Source of the DNA: Haloquadratum walsbyi C23
Lineage (GTDB): Archaea; Halobacteriota; Halobacteria; Halobacteriales; Haloferacaceae
Assembly (NCBI RefSeq): GCF_000237865.1
Contig: NC_017459.1
Span: 1,380,001-1,412,000, forward strand
Reading direction: 5' to 3'
Length of the DNA: 32,000 nucleotides
Part shown: positions 18,695 to 27,358 of the stretch, piece after piece
Layout: each line of letters opens with the position of its first letter
Position numbering within the stretch: the first letter of the stretch is position 1
The notes under the pieces: model-generated
What the model was told of the DNA's origin: nothing
The model's database searches: none
The model's input: the letters and a program-made list of their open reading frames with translations, nothing else
Position numbers and translations under genes: made by a program

Positions 18695-21411
18695 CGTGGA
18701 CGCTTGGCTCAGGCCAAGAAATCCTCTCCCATCCGTCGGAGGCGAATCGTGACCCTAAATCACTCTGGGACCACTTGACGGGAGTGAGTAATCGCGCCGC
18801 TACTGCTGTATCTGAGAACACACAGTCACAGACTGAGGATTCACTCAGCGAAATAGTCCAACTTCTCGGTCTAGCTCACGATTTTGCGAAAGCAACACCG
18901 GCATTTCAGCGGTACATCCGAGATGACTCCTACGACTCTCCAAAACACCATGCAAGACTGGGTAGTTTGGTTGCCTACTTCTTTCTCGAACAGAACGGAT
19001 ATGAGCCAGAGCCCCGGTTAGCTGGGCTACTCGCTGTCGCCAAACATCACGGAGATGTCCCGGATGCAGCGAAATATATCAGAAAAACGTTCGATGACCC
19101 CCGAATTGATCCGATGGGGAGCAATCAAACCATTCAGGCAATCGAGCAAGCCAAAATAATCGACAAATACGCCGAGACGTTCGCCCGTGATCTGTTCAGG
19201 AAAGCAGTCGGTGAAGGAGCTTGGGACGATTTTCTGGAAAAGGTCGGAGACGCCTCCGACTCACCCATTCTCACAGGCATCGTCGAAGATGCGGGTAAGA
19301 GAGGGGGGTTCGCTGGCGAACTAGAAGTGGAAAACTCCCAGTTCAATGAGTCAATATATACGACGCATTTGCTCCTGTTTGGCGCGTTGACGTTTGCTGA
19401 TAAGACGGATGCTGCGGGAATTGGTTCCGACGACGACCGATTATCGGGAGAGTATCCATCACTCGATAAACTCGAAACACATCTAACTGAGCTGGGTGGA
19501 GAGACGCAAAACGATATTGAGATGCAGCTAAACGAAGTCAGAACAAAGGTTCAAGACAAGATTCCGGCACAGACACAGGAATTTCTCGAAAGTAATCAAT
19601 CGGTCGCTACGTTAACGCTCCCAACAGGGTACGGAAAAACGTTCGCTGGGCTGCTCGCGGGCCTTACACTCTGTGATGACCACGATGGGCGACTCGTCTA
19701 CGCACTTCCGTTTACGTCCATCATCGACCAGACTTCGGGAACGCTACAGGAAGTTTTCGAGACAGCTCCATCCGGTAATCTGCTGACGGTTCATCACCAC
19801 CTTGCAGAGACAAGAACGGATATCGAAAACGGAGAGGAAGACGAAACGGACGAACACGCATCACACGAGGTGTTACTGGCAGAGAGTTGGCGAACCGGAC
19901 TGACACTAACGACCTTCGTGCAGTTGTTCGAGAGTCTCGCTGGTCCGCGAAACGGACAGTCGCTCAAGCTATCCGCGCTTCAGGGTAGCACTGTTGTTAT
20001 CGATGAACCACAGGCGATCCCACAGCACTGGTGGCCCATTGTTCGGAAGCTCATTGATATGCTAACTGAGCAGTTCGATTCTCAGGTGTTGCTAATGACC
20101 GCTACACAACCCTCTCTCGTTGAGGATTCATTCGACCTCATTCCGTCTGAACAACTGCTTGAGATCGAGCAATCCGCTTTCACTGGTGAGCCGCCATCAA
20201 GAGTACAGTATCAACTCCATCCGACAGCACTCGTCACCGAAAACGAGGATCGATTATCCCACCCGGATGCAGCAAACCTACTCGCAGAAACTGTCGGAAG
20301 CGAAAACACGACGTTAGCGATCTGTAACACGATAGAAAGCACTCGAACGCTTACTAAAGAATTTGTAGATGGTATCGCAGAATCCAAGCCTGATCCGGTC
20401 GCTGTCTCTAAATTGTATGAATCACAGCTTGATGAAGACGAAATCGCTGGACCGTCAGCGACAAAAGAGTACGGCGGCAAGCGACGACCGAGTATTGAGC
20501 GCGGTCGGCTCGTTCGCGCTGTTGTCGAGGAGCTTCAAACCAAAGAAACCGTAGCGTATCTGCATCTGACAGCGCGTGTGCGCCCGTGCGACAGGCAGTT
20601 CCTCCTTGCTGTTGCGAACGACCTCGCTGGGATCGATATTCGATTCGCACTCATCTCAACACAACTCGTTGAGGCTGGGGTCGACATTAGCTTCGACACC
20701 GTCTACCGTGACTTCGCACCCCTAGATTCGATAGTACAGGCGGCGGGTCGGTGTAACCGCTCATACGAACGCGCACCGGAAACCGGTGTTACTACGATCT
20801 GGCAGCTCGAACCACCTAGCGAATGCAATACACCTCCATCAACCGCAGTGTACGCACCGAACCGAAGTCGAGGTGAGACGGATCTTCTAATGCATACCCG
20901 CTCCGTTCTCGAAACTACCCGGGAAGAGCACGGAGCCGCGTTTGCTGACGAAGTTCTGGCGAAGGATGCTATCGAGCGCTATCACGATACTGTTGGAGAA
21001 CGTGTTCACAGTGTCTCCGAGAGTAATGATCTCGTGACTGCATTCGAGCAGGCAGATGGGAAGACACTACGCGAAGCGTCACTCATCGAACGGCGACAGT
21101 CAGTTGAGGTATACGTATGTCGGACTACGGAGGAACACGACTCCGCAATGGCAATTGAATCACTCATGAGGGAACGGAAGTTCGATGAGGTAGACTCGAA
21201 ACGGGACGAATTGGCATCGATTCGGGTTTCGATTCCGGTTCCGAAGGCGAATACGGATGCTGCAAGCGGTATCCTCAGTCTCGAGCCGTTACTTAATGAA
21301 GAGGAGAAGCGGCACGATCCGGAACGGATTCTCCATGCATCGAATTCGATATTCGATCCAGAATTCGGCGTGCAACCGAGCGAATACGGTCTGGAGGATC
21401 GATTCTTTTGA
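18691..21411 (+). CDS. cas3: cas3 (fused HD nuclease and SF2 helicase)
   Basis: 906 aa.
- **HD-domain motifs:** LGLAHDFAKATPAFQRY, HARLGS, AKHHGD.
- **Helicase motifs:** LPTGYGKT (I), VVIDEPQ (II), MTAT (III), QAAGRCNR (VI).
- **Coupling:** ATGA overlap with cas5. Confidence 0.95.
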   Translation: MTWTLGSGQEILSHPSEANRDPKSLWDHLTGVSNRAATAVSENTQSQTEDSLSEIVQLLGLAHDFAKATPAFQRYIRDDSYDSPKHHARLGSLVAYFFLEQNGYEPEPRLAGLLAVAKHHGDVPDAAKYIRKTFDDPRIDPMGSNQTIQAIEQAKIIDKYAETFARDLFRKAVGEGAWDDFLEKVGDASDSPILTGIVEDAGKRGGFAGELEVENSQFNESIYTTHLLLFGALTFADKTDAAGIGSDDDRLSGEYPSLDKLETHLTELGGETQNDIEMQLNEVRTKVQDKIPAQTQEFLESNQSVATLTLPTGYGKTFAGLLAGLTLCDDHDGRLVYALPFTSIIDQTSGTLQEVFETAPSGNLLTVHHHLAETRTDIENGEEDETDEHASHEVLLAESWRTGLTLTTFVQLFESLAGPRNGQSLKLSALQGSTVVIDEPQAIPQHWWPIVRKLIDMLTEQFDSQVLLMTATQPSLVEDSFDLIPSEQLLEIEQSAFTGEPPSRVQYQLHPTALVTENEDRLSHPDAANLLAETVGSENTTLAICNTIESTRTLTKEFVDGIAESKPDPVAVSKLYESQLDEDEIAGPSATKEYGGKRRPSIERGRLVRAVVEELQTKETVAYLHLTARVRPCDRQFLLAVANDLAGIDIRFALISTQLVEAGVDISFDTVYRDFAPLDSIVQAAGRCNRSYERAPETGVTTIWQLEPPSECNTPPSTAVYAPNRSRGETDLLMHTRSVLETTREEHGAAFADEVLAKDAIERYHDTVGERVHSVSESNDLVTAFEQADGKTLREASLIERRQSVEVYVCRTTEEHDSAMAIESLMRERKFDEVDSKRDELASIRVSIPVPKANTDAASGILSLEPLLNEEEKRHDPERILHASNSIFDPEFGVQPSEYGLEDRFF

Positions 21412-21956
21412 CCGCCGCTGATCCAGTCGACTGCCTCCTCGCAACCGCTCGCGGCGAGCCGGTCAACGAGCCGTTCCGCGTCACAGGCGTGATGGTGCAG
21501 TACTACTACGTCTGCAAACGGGAACTCTGGTTCGAGAGCCGGAACCTCGAAATCGACCGTGAGAACGCGACCGTCGTCCGTGGCACCCGCATCGATGAGA
21601 CAGCCTACAGCGACAAACGAGAGAACCTCCATCTCGGCATGATTTCACTCGACCTGCTGGACGACGGCCGCGTTGTCGAAGTCAAACCCTCCTCAACGCT
21701 CACTGAACCCGCCAAAATGCAGCTGTCGTACTACCTCTGGTATCTCGACCGTGTCGCCGACATCCAGCGGGATGGCGTCTTGGCGCATCCCAGCGAGCGA
21801 AAGCGCGAGCCGGTCGAACTCACGGCGGAGCGAGCGGAGAGGGTCGAAACCGCGATCCGTGGGATTCACGAGGTCGTCAGCCAGGCCTCGCCGCCACCGG
21901 CCGAGGAGAAACCGTTCTGTGACTCCTGTGCGTACCACGATTTCTGTTGGTGTTAA
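21408..21956 (+). CDS. cas4: cas4 (RecB-like nuclease with Fe-S cysteines)
   Basis: 182 aa. It contains QYYYVCKRELWFESR, an internal VVEVKPS nuclease motif, and the C-terminal cysteines CDSCAYHDFCWC. The apparent TTG start overlaps the cas3 stop, so the start codon is uncertain. An in-frame ATG lies at 21491. Confidence 0.88.
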   Translation: MTAADPVDCLLATARGEPVNEPFRVTGVMVQYYYVCKRELWFESRNLEIDRENATVVRGTRIDETAYSDKRENLHLGMISLDLLDDGRVVEVKPSSTLTEPAKMQLSYYLWYLDRVADIQRDGVLAHPSERKREPVELTAERAERVETAIRGIHEVVSQASPPPAEEKPFCDSCAYHDFCWC

Positions 21957-21958
21957 TA

Positions 21959-22954
21959 ATGGATCGCAACTATCACGTTTTTTCGGACGGTCGACTCGAA
22001 CGCAGCGACGACACGCTCAGATTCGTCCCCGATGGCGATGGGCAAAAGCAGTACATCCCAATCGAGAACGCCGAGGCGTTCTTCCTCCACGGCCAGATCG
22101 ATTTCAACACGCGGCTGATGTCGTTTCTCAACGACCGCACAGTCGCACTGCACGTCTTCGGTTGGGAAGACTACTACTCGGGGTCGGTGATGCCGAAACG
22201 CGGGCAGACCTCTGGGAAGACCGTCGTCAATCAGGTTCGAGCCTACGAGAATAGACAGCACAGACGGCAGCTTGCCGCTGCGATTGTTCGAGGCAGCATC
22301 CACAATATGCGGACGAATGTGGTCTACTACAACGGCCGTGATCACGACCTCGACGTTATTATTGAGGACTTGGAAGCCGCAGCCGACCGCGTTGACGGGG
22401 AGTTACCGGTTGATGAACTACTAGGAACCGAGGCCACCGCGAGAAAGGCGTACTACCGGAGCTTCAACGAAATCCTCCCGAACGAGTTCGAGCTGACGCA
22501 GCGCGAGTACAATCCACCACCAAACGAAATTAACAGCCTTATTTCGTTTGGAAACTCGCTGGTCTACGCCAACTGCGTTTCGGCAATCCGAGCCACAGCA
22601 CTCGATCCGACGATCAGCTATCTTCATGAACCGGGTGAACGACGGTACTCATTATCGCTTGACCTCGCCGATCTGTTCAAACCTGTTCTCGCCGACCGTA
22701 TACTGTTCCGGTTGGTGAACCGAAATCAGATTTCGGACGACGATTTCGAGACTGAACTCGGCTCGTGTTTACTTAGCGAATCCGGTCGGAAGACGTACAC
22801 GAGGGAGTTCGAGGAGGCGCTTGAACGAACTGTCGAGCATCCGACGCTGAATCGCAAAGTCAGCTATCAGTACCTGCTCCGGATTGAGGCATACAAAATC
22901 AAGAAACACTTGCTTACCGGTGAGGAGTACGAGCCCTTCCAGCGGTGGTGGTAA
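21959..22954 (+). CDS. cas1: cas1 integrase
   Basis: About 331 aa from the ATG at 21959 (MDRNYHVFSDGRLERSDDTLRF...). Conserved blocks include GTEATARKAYY, NSLISFGNSLVYA and YLHEPGERRYSLSLDLADLFKP. It is followed immediately by cas2. Confidence 0.93.
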   Translation: MDRNYHVFSDGRLERSDDTLRFVPDGDGQKQYIPIENAEAFFLHGQIDFNTRLMSFLNDRTVALHVFGWEDYYSGSVMPKRGQTSGKTVVNQVRAYENRQHRRQLAAAIVRGSIHNMRTNVVYYNGRDHDLDVIIEDLEAAADRVDGELPVDELLGTEATARKAYYRSFNEILPNEFELTQREYNPPPNEINSLISFGNSLVYANCVSAIRATALDPTISYLHEPGERRYSLSLDLADLFKPVLADRILFRLVNRNQISDDDFETELGSCLLSESGRKTYTREFEEALERTVEHPTLNRKVSYQYLLRIEAYKIKKHLLTGEEYEPFQRWW

Positions 22955-22955
22955 A

Positions 22956-23216
22956 ATGTACGTTGTAATGGTCTACGATCTGGAAGCTGACCGGACGCAG
23001 AAAGCTCTCAAACTCGGTCGACGCTATCTGACTCATGTCCAGAACTCGGTGCTCGAAGGCGAGATCTCAGAAGGCGATCTCACAAAGCTGGAAGACGAAA
23101 TTGATGACCTGCTGAAGCCCGGAGAGTCAACCATTATTTACGAGCTATCTTCGGATACCCTGCTTAATCGGACGGTTTATGGTGAAGATCCGACTGAGGA
23201 TCAACGATTTCTGTAG
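22956..23216 (+). CDS. cas2: cas2
   Basis: 86 aa from the ATG at 22956, beginning MYVVMVYDLEADRTQKALKLGRRYLTHVQNSVLEGE, the typical Cas2 ferredoxin-fold N-terminus. It starts 1 nt after the cas1 stop. Confidence 0.93.
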   Translation: MYVVMVYDLEADRTQKALKLGRRYLTHVQNSVLEGEISEGDLTKLEDEIDDLLKPGESTIIYELSSDTLLNRTVYGEDPTEDQRFL

Positions 23217-23320
23217 TCGTTTCCGTCGACCCCCTGGGGGAAAGCACCCTATTGCAGGTCGACGGAAAATATTTATTGTAACCTGCTGTAAGCACATCTA
23301 TGTCCTGCATATTGGGCATG
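23217..23320 (+). promoter_or_regulatory. CRISPR-2 leader (same architecture as the CRISPR-1 leader)
   Basis: It carries the TCCGTCGACC ... GGTCGACGGA hairpin (23222..23266), AAAATATTTATT, and the junction ATATTGGGCATG directly before the first repeat. Confidence 0.8.
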
Positions 23321-24737
23321 GTTTCAGATGAACCCTTGATGGGTTGAAGTAAGCTCGAAGGTGCGCGTTGGTGATGCACCGAACTCGTTTCAGATGAACC
23401 CTTGATGGGTTGAAGTGACAAACGTGGTCGCGGTGGGGAGTGCGCCCGCCTCGTTTCAGATGAACCCTTGATGGGTTGAAGTCACCAACACAATCGCCGG
23501 AGCTATCCACGGGAGTGTTTCAGATGAACCCTTGATGGGTTGAAGTAATAATTAGATACAGCCAATGAATCTTAAAACTAGAGTTTCAGATGAACCCTTG
23601 ATGGGTTGAAGTAGGCAGTCACACCGCCGATGACGGGAGTGCAGACGTTTCAGATGAACCCTTGATGGGTTGAAGTGACCTGAGATATGATGATGACCCA
23701 TAAGACAAACATGTTTCAGATGAACCCTTGATGGGTTGAAGTAATCTGCAGAACCCGTTTGTCGCATCGAATGCGCTGGTTTCAGATGAACCCTTGATGG
23801 GTTGAAGTCTCGCGTTCCTTGTCGTAACGCTCTCGACGGTAATCGTTTCAGATGAACCCTTGATGGGTTGAAGTCTCCAGTAGTCTGTCGTCGTCGCTGA
23901 CGCTGCGTAGGTTTCAGATGAACCCTTGATGGGTTGAAGTCCGCCCGGTGAAACGCGGTTTTTGATTGAGAAACCAGTTTCAGATGAACCCTTGATGGGT
24001 TGAAGTCTTACAGACGGGGAGGGCGATCGTCGTGTCGCCAGCGGTTTCAGATGAACCCTTGATGGGTTGAAGTTGCCCGATAACGCCAGCGACGATTGCG
24101 AGCATAAACGCGTTTCAGATGAACCCTTGTTGGGTTGAAGTACGCAGTGAGTCCGTCGATGTCGAGATTACGACCGGTTTCAGATGAACCCTTGATGGGT
24201 TGAAGTACACTCGGCACAAAATGCGGTCAGAAACAGACCGCCGGTTTCAGATGAACCCTTGATGGGTTGAAGTGGCTTGTGCTGCGTTCTCGGCTGTTTT
24301 GCGTGGTGTGTTTCAGATGAACCCTTGATGGGTTGAAGTCGGCAATTGGAGGATACTAATAGACATGGCATTAACCGTTTCAGATGAACCCTTGATGGGT
24401 TGAAGTTTTCCATCGTCGCAGTTAACCCAGATCTCATTATCCTGTTTCAGATGAACCCTTGATGGGTTGAAGTATCCTGCAGTTGCGCTCGCTCTCGCTC
24501 GTAATCGCTGGTTTCAGATGAACCCTTGATGGGTTGAAGTAAGTTCAGGACTTGTCTCTACAAGCACGTCGTGAAGAGTTTCAGATGAACCCTTGATGGG
24601 TTGAAGTATTTTCGTTTAGGGAGGGATCCTGGTGTCGTAGGAGTTTCAGATGAACCCTTGATGGGTTGAAGTCGGGATATCCTTGATGAGATGCAACTCA
24701 GTTAGGTGTTTCAGATGAACCTTCGTTGGGTTGAATC
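23321..24737 (+). CRISPR. CRISPR array 2: 22 repeats of 30 nt and 21 spacers of 34-38 nt
   Basis: The repeat is GTTTCAGATGAACCCTTGATGGGTTGAAGT, which has A where array 1 has T at repeat position 19. Repeat 13 (24112..24141) carries the array-1 T variant. The terminal repeat 24708..24737 is degenerate. Confidence 0.98.
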
Positions 24738-25287
24738 CTGCTCTGCTTGGAGATCGCGAGCACAGCTCTCTCTGATACAATACACACAAACCCATGAAGA
24801 GATACTACCAAGTCAGGAACCGATTATTCGGTTAAATTACTACTTTTATTATCATTTCTGGGAACACAAATCGAAAACGGGGTATTCAATCTGATGTATT
24901 GATTCGAGTGAATAAGACAAGAAACGCAAATCATGCGATTATCTGATAGAAAAGTATCTGCTGTATTTACACGGATATGCGCGCTACTTTGCGCGGGCAC
25001 AATGAGCATGAGTGAGTATGTGCTTTCCGTCACGTCCGACACTCATCCATACGTTGGGGCACATCTTCCAAAGTCAAAAAACACAAATCGGCTGTCAGAG
25101 AGCTTTTGAGACAGATGTCTGTATTTCATTGTATGCAGGATCCCCTCCCCTCTTCTCGACATACACAAAAGACAAAACTCGGGATATATCAATAGTCATT
25201 GCCGTGTTCTTAGCCTATCGCGTTTCGAGTATATAAATGGTGGTGTCGCGAAGAATCTCTTCAGCCGGATGAGACAGTAATATTACG

Positions 25288-25302
25288 TTGCAGCAGCTGC
25301 AA
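25288..25302. promoter_or_regulatory. perfect 15-bp palindrome TTGCAGC-A-GCTGCAA (candidate operator) upstream of the RHH gene
   Basis: Read directly. It lies just downstream of the TATA-like TAATATTA and 24 nt before the ATG at 25326. A sister palindrome lies at 25542..25556. Confidence 0.5.
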
Positions 25303-25325
25303 CCGCTTCTCAAGAAGTCTAACCG

Positions 25326-25526
25326 ATGTCAAACACGGAATTTGGAGTGTCCATTTCGGATGAACTCGTTGAGGAACTGGACGATCTGACCGAGCAGTGC
25401 GTCGATCTCCAAGCAAGCCGTTCAGAGGTTGTTGAGGCGATTCTGACCGCGTACTTCCAGAGTGACATTGACCACGAAGCACGCGTTCGTGAGTTGATCA
25501 TTCGTCGTCGAAAGGGGACGCTCTGA
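25326..25526 (+). CDS. ribbon-helix-helix (CopG/Arc-like) DNA-binding protein
   Basis: 66 aa. FGVSISDELVEELDDLTEQ... SRSEVVEAILTAYF matches the RHH pattern of a beta-strand, helix A, and a helix B beginning SRSE. Confidence 0.75.
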   Translation: MSNTEFGVSISDELVEELDDLTEQCVDLQASRSEVVEAILTAYFQSDIDHEARVRELIIRRRKGTL

Positions 25527-25541
25527 CTCACTTTCTTCCTA

Positions 25542-25556
25542 TTGCAGTCACTGCAA
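25542..25556. promoter_or_regulatory. perfect 15-bp palindrome TTGCAGT-C-ACTGCAA (candidate operator) between the RHH and rhomboid genes
   Basis: Read directly. It has the same half-site core TTGCAG / CTGCAA and the same 3' flank (CCG) as 25288..25302. Confidence 0.5.
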
Positions 25557-25639
25557 CCGATTTTGAATCTGTTTCTTAACGATACCTGATAGAACTCACC
25601 GCCGGGTTCTAAATACTCGAAACGGAACAGCTTCGTCAT

Positions 25640-26476
25640 ATGTCTGATACGCTTGAATCTGAGTTTCTCAATAGTGACTATATTCTTCTTGCTGTCATCC
25701 CTACTTTTCTCGCTGCGATCTACTTTTTCACTCCCGATACCCTTCAGCAAGCACTCGCTTTCGACCACACACGATTCAACGGCTATACCCTGCTCACAGC
25801 GGCCTATGTCCACACTTCCGATTCTCACCTCTATAATAATCTCATCGGCTATGCTCTGGCCGCGACGTACACCTACGCCCTCTGTCTTACCATCGACGAG
25901 CTGTCTTGGTTCCGTCGCACATTCTTAGTTCACCTACTTACGCTGCCTATTCTCGTTAATCTCACCAGCTACGCCATATTTGCGACACTGTACCCTGGCG
26001 CTGAGCCAGTTTCTCGCGGCTTTTCGGGCGTCGTTAGCGGGTTTGTGGGCTTTCTGTTAGTTTCTCTCTCCGTATTCGTACGGAAGCGACATAGCCGTAA
26101 GATCGGCTATGCCACCGGATTGATCCTGCTTCTAGTGTTGATGCAACTGATTGACTTACGTTACTCGGGGGGCTTTCGGCCAGTAGTGACGGGGCTTATC
26201 ATTCTCGCAAGTCATCTCGTGCTCTTACCGTATATCCGAAGTGGTATCGAGATCCCTGTGAGAGAGAAACGGAGGAAGATTGGACTAAGCATAGCCGGGG
26301 TAGCAGTGGTGGGCTTCATACTGGCATATTTGACTTTGAAGCTGTTCCCTGAAGCAGGAGCAATAGTAGAAGGTAGGGCGTTGACGAATGTTTTCGGTCA
26401 CGCGGCAGGATTCTTGTGGGGGATCCTAGTCTCAATCGGAGTATGGATCTATTGTAGCTACCGACCGGCTGGGTAA
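25640..26476 (+). CDS. rhomboid-family intramembrane serine protease
   Basis: 278 aa and polytopic. It carries YTLLTAAYVHTSDSHLYNNL (rhomboid TM2 H-x4-N-type motif), GFSGVVSG (the GxSG catalytic Ser) and FGHAAGFLWG (the catalytic His in a late TM). Confidence 0.75.
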   Translation: MSDTLESEFLNSDYILLAVIPTFLAAIYFFTPDTLQQALAFDHTRFNGYTLLTAAYVHTSDSHLYNNLIGYALAATYTYALCLTIDELSWFRRTFLVHLLTLPILVNLTSYAIFATLYPGAEPVSRGFSGVVSGFVGFLLVSLSVFVRKRHSRKIGYATGLILLLVLMQLIDLRYSGGFRPVVTGLIILASHLVLLPYIRSGIEIPVREKRRKIGLSIAGVAVVGFILAYLTLKLFPEAGAIVEGRALTNVFGHAAGFLWGILVSIGVWIYCSYRPAG

Positions 26477-26522
26477 AGCCACACCAGTGAGCACTCGTTG
26501 GTGGTCTTGGTAGAGTGCTCAG

Positions 26523-26681
26523 TTAGTACGTGTACGTATCGACAGTGTCTCCGTTTTGATCTTTGAGCGTCACAGTATCGCCGCCATTGTTCCAGACAGC
26601 ACCGTTCTCGTCCCAGTAGAGCTCGTCATCGGTATCTGTACCGCTGCCGGTGTATAGTGTCACAGAGTCACCTGGCTCGGC
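26523..26681 (-). pseudogene. C-terminal fragment of a lamin-tail-domain (LTD) protein
   Basis: Only the last ~52 codons of ORF 26523..27110 look protein-like: AEPGDSVTLYTGSGTDTDDELYWDENGAVWNNGGDTVTLKDQNGDTVDTYTY. This matches the LTD C-terminal pattern (WNNxGDTVxLxDxxG). The upstream part of the ORF is R/S-rich junk that overlaps the AbrB gene. Confidence 0.4.
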
Positions 26682-26955
26682 GAGCTCGGTCGAACGCGAA
26701 CGGATCGCGATGCTGTACGTGCGTCGGGATTGAGACGCGGGCGAGGTCGCGAATCGTGAGGCGCTCGTGGGGCACCTTTCATCTCGTAGAGCGGCAGGTA
26801 GACGTCCGAACGAGGATGTCGATAGGCGGGTGGAGCGACTACAGCGCCATTGAGCCGTACCTTGCAGAGCCGACCGAGACACGAATCGGTCAGGCGATGC
26901 GTTCACGACCCACATGTAGGGTAACATGTATAGTTGGAGAGCCTGATCCCTGCGT

Positions 26956-27207
26956 ATGGCAACTGAAAAAGCCCCGAAGGAAACCAAGGTCAGCGACCGG
27001 GGGATGGTCACGATCCCAGCGGATCTTCGTCGTCGTCTCGACATTAAGGCCGGCGACAAGCTCCGCTGGGACGTCGACGATGAAGGGAACCTCTTGGTCG
27101 AGGTCGTCAAGCAGCGATACGGCGCCTTCGATGACTTCGAGCCGGTGTCGATGGGGGGCGGAGGGTCTGAAACACACGACCTCGGTCTCCCACTCGGTCT
27201 ACTGTGA
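26956..27207 (+). CDS. AbrB/MazE/SpoVT-family DNA-binding protein (antitoxin-like)
   Basis: 83 aa. VSDRGMVTIPADLRRRLDIKAGDKLRWDVDDEGNLLVEVV is a canonical SpoVT/AbrB swapped-hairpin motif. No PIN or other toxin gene follows it. Confidence 0.8.
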   Translation: MATEKAPKETKVSDRGMVTIPADLRRRLDIKAGDKLRWDVDDEGNLLVEVVKQRYGAFDDFEPVSMGGGGSETHDLGLPLGLL

Positions 27208-27358
27208 CTCGTCGTTGCTCATTCGTGTCTCACAACAGACAGTTATAGCTGGACGTTCCTGGACCCATGGATAGATACGTCCCGTGTGTTGACCGTAGCT
27301 ATGCTGTCGAACTGATGTTGTCGCAAGAATTAACGGATAATCATTTGATGAGGGATGT

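Noticed and set aside
21006-21632. 208-aa minus-strand ORF
   Set aside because: It is fully antisense to the well-supported cas3/cas4 genes. Its Ser/Arg-rich composition is that of a shadow frame.
23164-24437. ORFs 23164..23421, 23298..23510, 23552..23767 and 24180..24437, with recurring NPSRVHLK and LQPIKGSSET
   Set aside because: The same artefact across CRISPR-2. The single amino-acid difference from the array-1 peptides reflects the T/A repeat polymorphism.
24738-25277. ~540 bp after array 2, containing small ORFs (24706..24894, 24824..25042, 25012..25236)
   Set aside because: It is AT-rich, the ORFs have implausible composition, and they overlap one another. I treat it as the array trailer or intergenic DNA.
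25319-25828. 169-aa minus-strand ORF and the 73-aa ORF 25261..25482
   Set aside because: They are antisense to the RHH gene and the start of the rhomboid gene. Both + strand genes have clear family motifs, and these ORFs do not.
26657-27274. 205-aa + strand ORF and the N-terminal two-thirds of the 195-aa minus ORF 26523..27110
   Set aside because: Both are Arg/Ser-rich with low complexity, and they overlap each other and the clear AbrB gene. I kept only the LTD-like C-terminal ~52 codons of the minus ORF as a fragment.
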